DNA of 64,000 nt, from contig JAVZJR010000001.1 of assembly GCA_038870635.1 (NCBI GenBank), forward strand, positions 10,698 to 74,697. The letters run 5' to 3'. Made by a program: the position numbers and the translations under genes. Source of the DNA: Candidatus Bilamarchaeaceae archaeon (GTDB lineage Archaea > Micrarchaeota > Micrarchaeia > Anstonellales > Bilamarchaeaceae). Of the stretch, positions 29,965-38,835 are shown piece after piece; the first letter of the stretch is position 1; every line of letters starts with the position of its first letter. The notes under the pieces are model-generated. The model saw only the letters and a list, made by a program, of their open reading frames with translations, was not told the DNA's origin and searched no databases.

Positions 29965-30042
29965 TTATTCGAGCGTGCCCCGCCCTACAATTACTGCTTC
30001 TATTTCTGGCACATCATCAACATATTCGGGTGCTTTTTCCAT
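29965..30042 (-). CDS. Putative 25-aa microprotein MEKAPEYVDDVPEIEAVIVGRGTLE
   Basis: Fills the gap upstream of the tRNA; TTTAAA box about 25 nt upstream; below the ORF-track cutoff. Confidence 0.45.
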   Translation of the reverse strand: MEKAPEYVDDVPEIEAVIVGRGTLE

Positions 30043-30093
30043 GCATACGATTTAGCACTATCATTTTTTAAAGCTACCGACAGATTTTTTGTT

Positions 30094-30561
30094 ATGGAAA
30101 AAATATACCGTCTTCTATACCCTATGAGAGTGGCTCTAATAACAACATCGCACGGCAAAAAAGAAAATGTAATGTCTGCCGCGTGGTGTTATCCGCTATC
30201 TGCAGACCCCCCTCTGTTTGGTGTTGCAATATCAAAAAAAAGGTATACTTACGAATTAATAAACGCCTCAAAGAAATATGCTATAAATTTAGCAACGCCC
30301 CAAATGAAAGAAGCTGTAATGATATGCGGCTCGATTAGTGGAAGAGATAAAGATAAGTTTGCGCTTGCAAAATTAAAAAAAGAGAAGGGAAAGATAACCA
30401 CCGTACTTTCACAATCATCTGCCTCAATAGAATGCGAAGTAATTGATGAATACGAAGCAGGCGACCATATAATTTTCGTTGGTAAAGCGATTAATGTGAT
30501 AAAAAGAAAAGAAGAAAAAGGTCTTTATCATCGTGGCGGTGAGGAATTTGAAGCTATCTGA
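30094..30561 (+). CDS. Flavin reductase-like FMN-binding protein
   Basis: NVM.AAW..PLS.DPP, CGSISGR..DKF, GDH..FVG. Confidence 0.88.
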   Translation: MEKIYRLLYPMRVALITTSHGKKENVMSAAWCYPLSADPPLFGVAISKKRYTYELINASKKYAINLATPQMKEAVMICGSISGRDKDKFALAKLKKEKGKITTVLSQSSASIECEVIDEYEAGDHIIFVGKAINVIKRKEEKGLYHRGGEEFEAI

Positions 30562-31072
30562 CAACGTAAAAAAAGGAATAACGCAAATTTTAATAGGTTT
30601 AATAATCGCCATAGTTGCTTTTTATTCAATAAATAACATCTCAGAATTTAAAGAATATGGCTATGTTGGAGTTTTTATAATATCCTTTTTAAGTGCAGCC
30701 ACCATATTCATACCGGCACCTGGTTGGGCAGCAGTCATTGCAACAAGTGGTGTTCTTAATCCATACCTTATTGGAATAGTTGCTGGCTTAGGGAGCGGTA
30801 TAGGTGAAATAGTTGGTTATAATATAGGAAGCGGTACTGCTGAAATATTGAAAAAAGAAAAAAATGGCAATTTCCAAATTGTAAAAAAATATGGCGTTTA
30901 TGGTGTTTTTATCTTAGCGTTCATACCGAATCCTTTTTTTGATATCGCAGGTATAGCCGCAGGCGCTTTAAAAATAAATCAGATTAAATTTTTAATAGCA
31001 GTAATAATCGGCCGAACTCTTCGCTTTATTTTACTTGCCCATCTTGGGGCGCAAATGCTTAGTCTTATATAA
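30533..31072 (+). CDS. DedA/VTT (SNARE-associated) membrane protein
   Basis: ATIFIPAP, GSGIGE.VGY.IG, IPNPFFDIAG. Confidence 0.8.
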   Translation: MAVRNLKLSDNVKKGITQILIGLIIAIVAFYSINNISEFKEYGYVGVFIISFLSAATIFIPAPGWAAVIATSGVLNPYLIGIVAGLGSGIGEIVGYNIGSGTAEILKKEKNGNFQIVKKYGVYGVFILAFIPNPFFDIAGIAAGALKINQIKFLIAVIIGRTLRFILLAHLGAQMLSLI

Positions 31073-31074
31073 AA

Positions 31075-32085
31075 TTAATCAACTTTGAATTGTCTAACTT
31101 TGATACCTGCTTCTTTAAGCAATTTCATAGCGCTTTCTGAAATAGGATATCTCTCATTGTAAACTACTTCCACTATGCCGGCGTTTATTATCATCTTAGT
31201 ACATAACAAACAAGGTGAAAAAGTTGTATAAATAGTGCAGCCCTTTGTACTAACACCGTTATACGCAGCCTGTACTATCGCATTCTCCTCTCCGTGAGAA
31301 CAAAAACATTCATCAAGATTTTTGCCACTTTCAGTAAAATTGTTACAACGCGGGCAGCCACCCTCATTGCAATTTCGTGTTCCACGAGGAGTACCATTAT
31401 AGCCAGTGGATATTATCTGCTTGTCGCGAACAATAACTGCTGCAACTTTTCTTTTGATACAATTACTTCTTGTTGCAACTTGTTTTGCGATGCTCATAAA
31501 ATACTCATCCCAACTTGGCCTATCTATTTTAAACTCAGTCGATATGTCAGCTAATGCACGATCTATTTGTTCATAAAAAGAAGAAAGTTGGCCGTTATTC
31601 TCTATTTTTTTATCTGCCATTGCAAAAGTCTGCTTAAGATTTTGCTTTGTTCTTTCTGCATTTTCCATTTCAAGTTTTTCTATCTCTAAAAATGCTTCTA
31701 GAGTTTTTGGATCTTCCTCTCTTCCTCTTTTTTTCAATCTCTCAAAACGAACTTCTGGCGAAGCTGTGATGTAGATCAAATAAAAATTTTTTAGACGCCG
31801 TAATTCTTCAACTTCCGCGGGATTTCTTATTGAATCTATCACGTAATTTTTATCCTTTGTTATTTTTTCTTTTGCACGTACTGCAAGCACAGAAGGACCA
31901 AATTTTTCCCTTAATTCATTTCCCTTTTTTATCAATGCTTCTCTTGTCAAGGCCTTTCCTTCTGCTTGCAACTCCTCTCTTATTATATCAGAGAGAGATA
32001 TAGGATAAAATCCTTTTTTTGAAAGATAATAGACAGCAGTAGTCTTACCAGCACAATTTTCACCAGTTAACCCTATGTAAAGCAT
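31075..32085 (-). CDS. P-loop nucleotide-kinase / dCMP deaminase fusion
   Basis: N-terminal GLTGENCAGKT...IDSIRN; C-terminal RPSWDEYFM, TGYNGTP, HGEENA, PCLLC. Confidence 0.9.
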   Translation of the reverse strand: MLYIGLTGENCAGKTTAVYYLSKKGFYPISLSDIIREELQAEGKALTREALIKKGNELREKFGPSVLAVRAKEKITKDKNYVIDSIRNPAEVEELRRLKNFYLIYITASPEVRFERLKKRGREEDPKTLEAFLEIEKLEMENAERTKQNLKQTFAMADKKIENNGQLSSFYEQIDRALADISTEFKIDRPSWDEYFMSIAKQVATRSNCIKRKVAAVIVRDKQIISTGYNGTPRGTRNCNEGGCPRCNNFTESGKNLDECFCSHGEENAIVQAAYNGVSTKGCTIYTTFSPCLLCTKMIINAGIVEVVYNERYPISESAMKLLKEAGIKVRQFKVD

Positions 32086-32127
32086 GGAGTAAGATTAGTT
32101 AAACTATGTTTAAATTGTTTTTGTTTT

Positions 32128-33756
32128 TTACGGGAAGTTTATACGCGGAATTATGCATGCTCCATCTTCACAACCTACATCGCAAATTATGGTAACAGGC
32201 GCGATATAGTTAGCACTACAAGTATATTCTACTAATTTGTTGTTATCTATACATTTATCTTCTGCATAAAGATTTTTTCCTCTACGCACGGTTGTTTTAA
32301 TAAAGTAGGCATTGTCTCCTTCACTTTCATCTGGGTCATAGCATTGAGCTGGTATTAATTCACCATTATAGCACTCTTGCATGGAACCAGCGGTGTACGT
32401 AATATTTACCAAATTATTATCAACACAAGCATACTCAATGAGATGAAAGTAGTCGATGCAGTAATCAGTGTAAGATTTAGAGTCAAAAATGACTGTTCCT
32501 TTTATACCAAGTTCGTCTCCACCATCACTATCAGTACATGAATGCGGAGGCTGTTTCTTAATACATCTGCCTCCCAAACATTCGTAATTAGTCGGGCAAA
32601 CAATTGTTTCGGAAAGCACTCGATTATTAGAAGAACAATAATATTCTTTTACTGATTTAGAATCTACGCAATAATCAGAATAAGAAACAGAAGCGTTCTC
32701 TGTTTGTCCTTTTACGTAGATTTCCATACCATTGTCGCTATCCATACAGTAATCAGCTAACTTTACACATCTACCGCCACTACAACTATAACCACTTGGA
32801 CAGTCCTTTTCTACAGAAATAACATTGTCACCACTGCAATAGTACTCTATTATAGTTTTGGGATCAACACAATAATCTTTATATTCAAAATTATTTTTTA
32901 TAACTGAACCAAAAGAGTAAATATCTATACCACCGTCGCTATCAACACAGGAAAGGAGAAGAGAACACGCTCCATCTACACATCTGTAACCACTAGGACA
33001 TTTTACCACCTGAGTTTTCACATTATTATTCTCACAATAGTACTCCACGCTATGGGTTGCGTTTGCGCAATAATCACTAAAAGTTTCATTTCCTTTTGTA
33101 ACGTTATCCTTCACATAAAAATCAAAAAACTTAGAAGAAGAAACAGTACTTATACACACAGGAATGCATGCTCCATCAGAACAACCGTACCCTTTTGGGC
33201 AAGGAAATTTTTGGCTTTTAAGAAAGACGTCGTCACAAAAGTATTCAACTACTTCACTCATGTTAACGCAATAATCAGTTTTACTTTCACCATCCAAAAA
33301 ACTTGCTGTTTTTTTGTAGATATCTTTTCCATCATCATCTTTGCATACAATTGAAACACACTTTCCATCTTTGCATGCATTGGCCCCTGCCACTGAAGAG
33401 CAATCAATTGTTTCTTTATATGCTTCTTTACTAGTGTTAGACGAACAGTAATATTCTACTAAATTCTTATTGTCTGCGCAATAATCATCAAATCTTTTAT
33501 TATTCACAATAACATAACTAGATTCACTCGCTATCTTACCATCGTCATAATCCTTACACTTTATACAATTTCCTTTATACGCAACCCCTACCCCTGCATC
33601 TTTGGCAGCACATTCACTTGAGTATTCTTTATTATCTATACCACAAACAACTCCTTGATCAGAACACGTAGAAGATTTCATTTGAAGCTGATCAACACAA
33701 CCTGCAACTAAAAACACAAACACAAAACATAAAACAATAAAAGAACCTGCTTTCAT
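32128..33756 (-). CDS. Cys-rich repeat lipoprotein (Kazal-like domain + 7 repeats)
   Basis: LVAGC lipobox; VCGID.K.Y...C Kazal pattern; seven ~65-aa C.DSDGG...D.C...EY.C...CP.GY.C..G.C units. Confidence 0.8.
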   Translation of the reverse strand: MKAGSFIVLCFVFVFLVAGCVDQLQMKSSTCSDQGVVCGIDNKEYSSECAAKDAGVGVAYKGNCIKCKDYDDGKIASESSYVIVNNKRFDDYCADNKNLVEYYCSSNTSKEAYKETIDCSSVAGANACKDGKCVSIVCKDDDGKDIYKKTASFLDGESKTDYCVNMSEVVEYFCDDVFLKSQKFPCPKGYGCSDGACIPVCISTVSSSKFFDFYVKDNVTKGNETFSDYCANATHSVEYYCENNNVKTQVVKCPSGYRCVDGACSLLLSCVDSDGGIDIYSFGSVIKNNFEYKDYCVDPKTIIEYYCSGDNVISVEKDCPSGYSCSGGRCVKLADYCMDSDNGMEIYVKGQTENASVSYSDYCVDSKSVKEYYCSSNNRVLSETIVCPTNYECLGGRCIKKQPPHSCTDSDGGDELGIKGTVIFDSKSYTDYCIDYFHLIEYACVDNNLVNITYTAGSMQECYNGELIPAQCYDPDESEGDNAYFIKTTVRRGKNLYAEDKCIDNNKLVEYTCSANYIAPVTIICDVGCEDGACIIPRINFP

Positions 33757-33801
33757 AAAAAAAATTATTAAAAGATGTTTTTAAAAACTATTTTGATTGT
33801 A

Positions 33802-34620
33802 CTATGGGTATTTTTTCATTGATTCCTTTAACTCTTCGATCATTTTATTAATTTGCTCCTTAAATTCTTCTTCTACTATTTTATCCACCCTCTCTCGCCC
33901 CATAACAAATTGATATGTGTCTGCTAAACTCCGCCACACCATACTCTTCAAATCCTCAAACATTTTATTTAGTTTTGAATATATCGAATTTATATTATTC
34001 AATTCTTCAAATGTTAGCATAATCTTCTTGTCGCCGTATTGTAAAAAAATTGTGTTAGGTTGATTGGTTTGAACACATTGCTCAATACTACATTCAACTA
34101 AACGCACTGTGCTTTTTAATTTTTGAATATTTTCGGTAACAATCTCATTAGTTTTTTGCTTGGTCAATTTTTGAGCATCTTCTAAAGATGGTATATAATA
34201 AATACCATATTTAGCATTTACAATATTTTGGTAGAACGCCAAACAAGCTTTAATTCTTTCTTCTAGCAATTTAATTTTTTGAGGATTAGCATCATCTCTC
34301 TTATCTTTTTCTTTTTTTAATTCTTCTTGGGCAAGGTCACACTGTTCGTCAATGTTTTTTATTATTTGATACACTCTTCTATTACTCTCTAAAACCATAT
34401 TTTGTAGAGTTTCAACTTTTTTTTCTAGTTGTTGTATATTGCTCTCTAGTGTACTTTTTGGTGCAAAAAGAGCACAGTTAGACAAAGTAAGCATCGCAGC
34501 GGCGCAAATCGGCAAAAGCGAAGAAAAAGGTTTTCTTCTCTTTTTAGTATTAACTTTTTCTTTATTTTCCTTATTAGATTGATTAATTAATTCTTTAACG
34601 CCACATTTCATTAAAAACAC
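33802..34620 (-). CDS. Hypothetical coiled-coil protein, possible lipoprotein
   Basis: Basic stretch + hydrophobic segment ending LSNC, then heptad-rich region. Confidence 0.6.
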   Translation of the reverse strand: MFLMKCGVKELINQSNKENKEKVNTKKRRKPFSSLLPICAAAMLTLSNCALFAPKSTLESNIQQLEKKVETLQNMVLESNRRVYQIIKNIDEQCDLAQEELKKEKDKRDDANPQKIKLLEERIKACLAFYQNIVNAKYGIYYIPSLEDAQKLTKQKTNEIVTENIQKLKSTVRLVECSIEQCVQTNQPNTIFLQYGDKKIMLTFEELNNINSIYSKLNKMFEDLKSMVWRSLADTYQFVMGRERVDKIVEEEFKEQINKMIEELKESMKKYP

Positions 34621-34725
34621 CTATCCACCTACTTCAACTTATATAAATATGTGTAAAAATATTTAAAAATATGTAATATTAGAGATAAAATTAGGGAGAA
34701 TGAGTAAAAAAAATAAAAAAGAAAA

Positions 34726-35178
34726 CTAAACTTTTTCTATCTTTACTACGGCTGTATTTGTCTGAGAATCATATATGTTGGATATTTTCAATCTCGTCCA
34801 ACCATAGCTCGGTTCTTTTACTAAAGTGCCATCACCTGTTGATATAACGTGGTATTTTACTACTTCAGCAAAATCTTTTTCTCCACTAGGAGTGACTGCT
34901 TTTAATTGAACTTCAGCAGCGCCGCCAACATTTTTTACTCTAAAATATTTCGTGCCTCCTGGGATATAAACGTCGCTATAAACAATAGTGTTTGCGCCTA
35001 AGCTTCCCACTGAATTTATTAGATAAGCTGTCCTGAAAGTTGCTATTTGAGCCTGGTAGGCCGCCATTTCTCTCTGAGCTTCATCAGCCTTGGTATAAAC
35101 AAAAACAAGCAAAGGAATAAAAATAACGAAAATAACTGCTATGATAACCATTAACTCGGTACTTACCTGTCCTTTCAC
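34726..35178 (-). CDS. Class III signal-peptide (pilin-like) protein
   Basis: MKG/QVSTELMVIIAVIF. Confidence 0.85.
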   Translation of the reverse strand: MKGQVSTELMVIIAVIFVIFIPLLVFVYTKADEAQREMAAYQAQIATFRTAYLINSVGSLGANTIVYSDVYIPGGTKYFRVKNVGGAAEVQLKAVTPSGEKDFAEVVKYHVISTGDGTLVKEPSYGWTRLKISNIYDSQTNTAVVKIEKV

Positions 35179-36278
35179 TCCATCACCTTTGAACGAGTTC
35201 TCACTTTTCGACTTTTCTCTATTGTTTTCTTTCTACCAAGTACTTTTTTAAGTTCAGAAGCTGCGATATTAATAGCGTCTTCTAGCGATGGTCCTTCAGC
35301 CGAAACTACAAATTTCTCCTTGCCCTCTACGTGCAGTTTAACAGAATAGAAAGATTTGGTACTTTTGACGTGTACTTTCACTCTCTCTATACCATAACTT
35401 TCCCTAAATTTTTCTGCGATTTTTTCTATTGTACCTTTTATTTCGTCATGCAACATTTTTGTTTCAGCGTCAAGACCACTGACAGTAACCTCTACCTTTT
35501 CTTCTAACTTTTGCTTAACCCATTTAAATATGTCCAATGCAGAAAGAACGCCGATGGGTTTCGCATCCTTATCAGAGATTATGATTATATGTGATATTTC
35601 TTTTTGTATCATTAATCGTGCGGCTTCTTTTACAGTGCTCCTTTCGCTCATTGTTATTGTTGTTGGCCGATAGAAAAACGCAAGAGGTTGATCGTCTATG
35701 GATTTTTTGGCAACAACACCGCGCATCATATGTGTAGTTTCTTTTGGTTTAATCGCAAGACCTGCCAAGTCAAGACTGGAGAATACGCCTACAGGTTTGC
35801 CTTTTTTTGTCACAACAAGTTTTTTTGCATCATACTCTTTCATCTTACGTTTTGCTTCACCTATGGTACTGTTCTCATCTATTGTATAAACAGGACTGCT
35901 CATAAGGTTTTTTACATTTATATCTGGGACTATATCTAAAGCCAACAATTCCTTGAGAACTTCAACACGGGTGATTATACCTAATGGCTTTTGATTTTTG
36001 TCGATAACAGGAAGTGCTTTAAAACGGCCAAGCAAAAAAGCCTCTGTCCTTTCAAAAATATTAGAATCTTCAGATATCACAGGTGGTTTCACTACGACAG
36101 TTTCACACTTAACTTTAGCAGGGTCTGCTCCTGCGACTCGCAAATTCCTGTCATCAATCAAACCATAATACTTCCCATTTTTTGATATTATAACCGCAGT
36201 GTTACTATCCAAAATACTTCCAAGGGCTTTAGAAAGTGGCTCACTTCCATCTAAAACAACGGCTTGTTTTATTTCCAT
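35175..36278 (-). CDS. Four-CBS-domain protein with C-terminal HPF/RaiA-like domain (candidate ribosome hibernation factor)
   Basis: CBS motifs (LPVID..KPLGIIT, LMSSPV.TI, PIGVLSALDI); C-terminal ~100 aa with HPF-like pattern V.V.GLD...VKVHVK...YSVKLHV...VSAEG.SLEDAIN.A..ELKK. Confidence 0.7.
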   Translation of the reverse strand: MEIKQAVVLDGSEPLSKALGSILDSNTAVIISKNGKYYGLIDDRNLRVAGADPAKVKCETVVVKPPVISEDSNIFERTEAFLLGRFKALPVIDKNQKPLGIITRVEVLKELLALDIVPDINVKNLMSSPVYTIDENSTIGEAKRKMKEYDAKKLVVTKKGKPVGVFSSLDLAGLAIKPKETTHMMRGVVAKKSIDDQPLAFFYRPTTITMSERSTVKEAARLMIQKEISHIIIISDKDAKPIGVLSALDIFKWVKQKLEEKVEVTVSGLDAETKMLHDEIKGTIEKIAEKFRESYGIERVKVHVKSTKSFYSVKLHVEGKEKFVVSAEGPSLEDAINIAASELKKVLGRKKTIEKSRKVRTRSKVME

Positions 36279-36341
36279 CCCATCTACCTCCTTCTTAAAT
36301 AGAACACAAAATATATAAACAAGTTAGATTATTAAATAAAT

Positions 36342-37037
36342 ATGGCGCACCCTTTGGCAAACATCTCTTACTTTGAGCGAATAGTAGTAAAACCAACATG
36401 GAAAGAGATATTACTAGATTTAATAGCGCAAAATAAGATAGACCCCTGGAACGTCGATATAGTAAAACTAGCAGATGAATTTTTAAATAGAGTAAAGGAA
36501 TTGAAAACGCTTGATTTAGGATTGCATGCAAATGTTATTCTGGCAGCGGCGATACTTTTGAAATACAAAAGCGATTATCTAAAATATTTCTCAGCCCCCC
36601 CTGTTATTGCTGAAGTACAAGAAGTACAAGAAATAATAGATACATCGTTAATTGAAACACAACTTTCTTTAGTTGGAAGACTCCCACCCAAAAGACAAAT
36701 AACAATGGACGAGTTAATTGCTGAAATGGAAAAAGTAATAAAATATGAAACAAATGAGATTAAAAGAATGCCAAAAGGTGCGATAACAAAAACAATAGAT
36801 CTTGTATTAGATTTAGAAGATATAGAAAAATTAAAAGAAGAAATGTTAAGTAGAGTAAAAAATAACATAGATGAAAGTGGATTTGCAACTTTTTCTTCCA
36901 TCTTAAGAGAAAAAACAAGAATGGAAATAATACAAGTACTAATATCTCTTCTACATTTAGCACAAGAAAAAAGAGTATCTATTTACCAAGAGAAACTTTT
37001 TGGCGAAATATTAATAGCGATAATAGAAGAAAAATAA
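36342..37037 (+). CDS. scpA: Segregation and condensation protein A (kleisin)
   Basis: IDPWNVDIVKLADEFL, AAILLKYKS, SLLHLA...YQEKLFGEI. Confidence 0.9.
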   Translation: MAHPLANISYFERIVVKPTWKEILLDLIAQNKIDPWNVDIVKLADEFLNRVKELKTLDLGLHANVILAAAILLKYKSDYLKYFSAPPVIAEVQEVQEIIDTSLIETQLSLVGRLPPKRQITMDELIAEMEKVIKYETNEIKRMPKGAITKTIDLVLDLEDIEKLKEEMLSRVKNNIDESGFATFSSILREKTRMEIIQVLISLLHLAQEKRVSIYQEKLFGEILIAIIEEK

Positions 37038-37053
37038 GAAAAAGTAAAAAGAA

Positions 37054-37437
37054 CTAACTTATTAAAGTTGCTCCACTGCTTGGCTTCTTTTTTGACTTTA
37101 CAATTTTTACATTAGTAGGAGTTAAAATTAAAAGGCCACTCTCTTTAGATATTAAGGAAATATCGCCGTTTATTTTTGTCGCATTGTTCTTTAATTTTGC
37201 GATTATTCCCTTAAGTCTATTTGGCTGCTTAGAGATTGGCATAACATTAAGAATAATGATATTCTTTTCGCTCAACTCCTTTATAACTAAATCTGCATCT
37301 CCTTCATTTCTAAGATCAATCCTCTTAATATAAAAGTCAGCTGGCGGATTAACCACATCTCCTTCTTCATTCATCAATTCCTCTAAATTTGGTGTCTCAC
37401 TCTTCTCTTTCCCAAAAATTTTATCGAATAGACCCAT
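37054..37437 (-). CDS. sepF: Cell division protein SepF (archaeal type)
   Basis: Amphipathic MGLFDKIFG start; NIIILNV, INGDI, LILTP.NVKI. Confidence 0.85.
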   Translation of the reverse strand: MGLFDKIFGKEKSETPNLEELMNEEGDVVNPPADFYIKRIDLRNEGDADLVIKELSEKNIIILNVMPISKQPNRLKGIIAKLKNNATKINGDISLISKESGLLILTPTNVKIVKSKKKPSSGATLIS

Positions 37438-37525
37438 ATGGTCACCTTCTTTGTGCATGTTTTTTGTTCATTATTTAACATAATATATTTTAAACCATTT
37501 GCTTTTTGCAAAATTTAAAAAAAAA

Positions 37526-37993
37526 CTAACGATAAAGGTAAATATCAAAAGTTGCGATAGTGGTTTTTCCGTTGCTATCAACAATCGAACCGATCCTTCG
37601 TATTTTTACAACTTCTGTATTTTGAGGAGGATTATCGCCGAATTTTTTAAGTGTTGACCCGCCTACCACTTCAGTGACCACTAGCTGCATGTTATACGGA
37701 GTCGCAAATTTTGATTTTAAATTTTCAGTGTTTGTTGGCAAAGCGTTCATAAATGAAGCGTTAACTCTTCTATCGCTTGATGATATTATAATACCAGAAG
37801 GATAAGGAGAAAAAAGGGTGGCGGATATTCTCATCGCTTCTTTAGTCATATCGCCACCTTGAAATTCTAAAAAAGTTCGAACAGAGTGCCAATAGCTTAG
37901 CAGCATCACAACTGCCATCATAAAAATTACTGAAGCAATAATTGCATCAAAACTAAAATATTGACCTTTCCTAAACATATTCATCCTCCTCAT
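37526..37993 (-). CDS. Class III signal-peptide (pilin-like) protein
   Basis: RKG/QYFSFDAIIASVIF. Confidence 0.8.
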   Translation of the reverse strand: MRRMNMFRKGQYFSFDAIIASVIFMMAVVMLLSYWHSVRTFLEFQGGDMTKEAMRISATLFSPYPSGIIISSSDRRVNASFMNALPTNTENLKSKFATPYNMQLVVTEVVGGSTLKKFGDNPPQNTEVVKIRRIGSIVDSNGKTTIATFDIYLYR

Positions 37994-38424
37994 CTATTAC
38001 TGATAACTAAACCATTTTCAGTATTGTTTAATATAAGCAAGTTTGAGCATTTATCGCTCGAAAGTACTCCATTCTTTATACAACCATCATAAGAATAGCT
38101 ATAAGTTGGCAAAGAGTAATAGTAATTAAAACTTCCATACTCATTTGTCCACTCCATCACCATTGCGTTAGTTTTAAAAGTTATGTTGTACGGATAACCA
38201 TAAATTGTTTTTGGGAAATAATAATAATAAGTAAAGCCAGGGCCGGCCCGCACTGCAAGAGAAATAGCATCAGCAATGTTGTAACCAACGCCAACTGCAA
38301 CTTTATTTTTTTGTGAAGGTAACTCACTTCTTTGTGTATAATCAACCATTACAAAAGCAACGATGGCGATAAACATAAAGAGAGTGATGTAAAGAAAAAA
38401 CTCAGTAGCAGATTGGCCTTTCAT
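37990..38424 (-). CDS. Class III signal-peptide (pilin-like) protein
   Basis: MKG/QSATEFFLYITLF. Confidence 0.85.
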   Translation of the reverse strand: MKGQSATEFFLYITLFMFIAIVAFVMVDYTQRSELPSQKNKVAVGVGYNIADAISLAVRAGPGFTYYYYFPKTIYGYPYNITFKTNAMVMEWTNEYGSFNYYYSLPTYSYSYDGCIKNGVLSSDKCSNLLILNNTENGLVISNR

Positions 38425-38835
38425 CTAAGAAACCTCCGTGACAGAAACTTTTCCATCTTTGTTGTAGACAAGCAACTGGAAGAGACCGCTTCTTTTTATA
38501 ACCTTCTGCTGATCAATAGATGCGAAAATAGGAGCACTAGCAGTGTAAAACCCTTTGCTAGTCTTTATAGAAATAGTAACCTCTTTGTTTCCTATGTTGA
38601 TGCTCTCAGTGTTAGGGGGAGTGCTTAAAAGCATTATACGACTTGCTCCGCTACCTTGCGCATAAACAAGATTTAGGGTTTCTGCAAGTGAGCGAGCGGC
38701 TGCATCTGCTTGCGCAAGAGTACTGTCCTCGTATCCTAACTGACTTATAGAGAAAAGTAAAAGTACAACTGGAATAGTAAATAAGAGCACAACGCCCAAA
38801 GTCACAAAAAACTCAGCTGCAATCTGTCCTTTCAT
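38425..38835 (-). CDS. Class III signal-peptide (pilin-like) protein
   Basis: MKG/QIAAEFFVTLGVVLL. Confidence 0.85.
   Translation of the reverse strand: MKGQIAAEFFVTLGVVLLFTIPVVLLLFSISQLGYEDSTLAQADAAARSLAETLNLVYAQGSGASRIMLLSTPPNTESINIGNKEVTISIKTSKGFYTASAPIFASIDQQKVIKRSGLFQLLVYNKDGKVSVTEVS

Noticed and set aside
29870..33800. Integrated element at the tRNA
   Set aside because: No integrase and no duplicated tRNA 3' end seen; neighbours are cellular genes.
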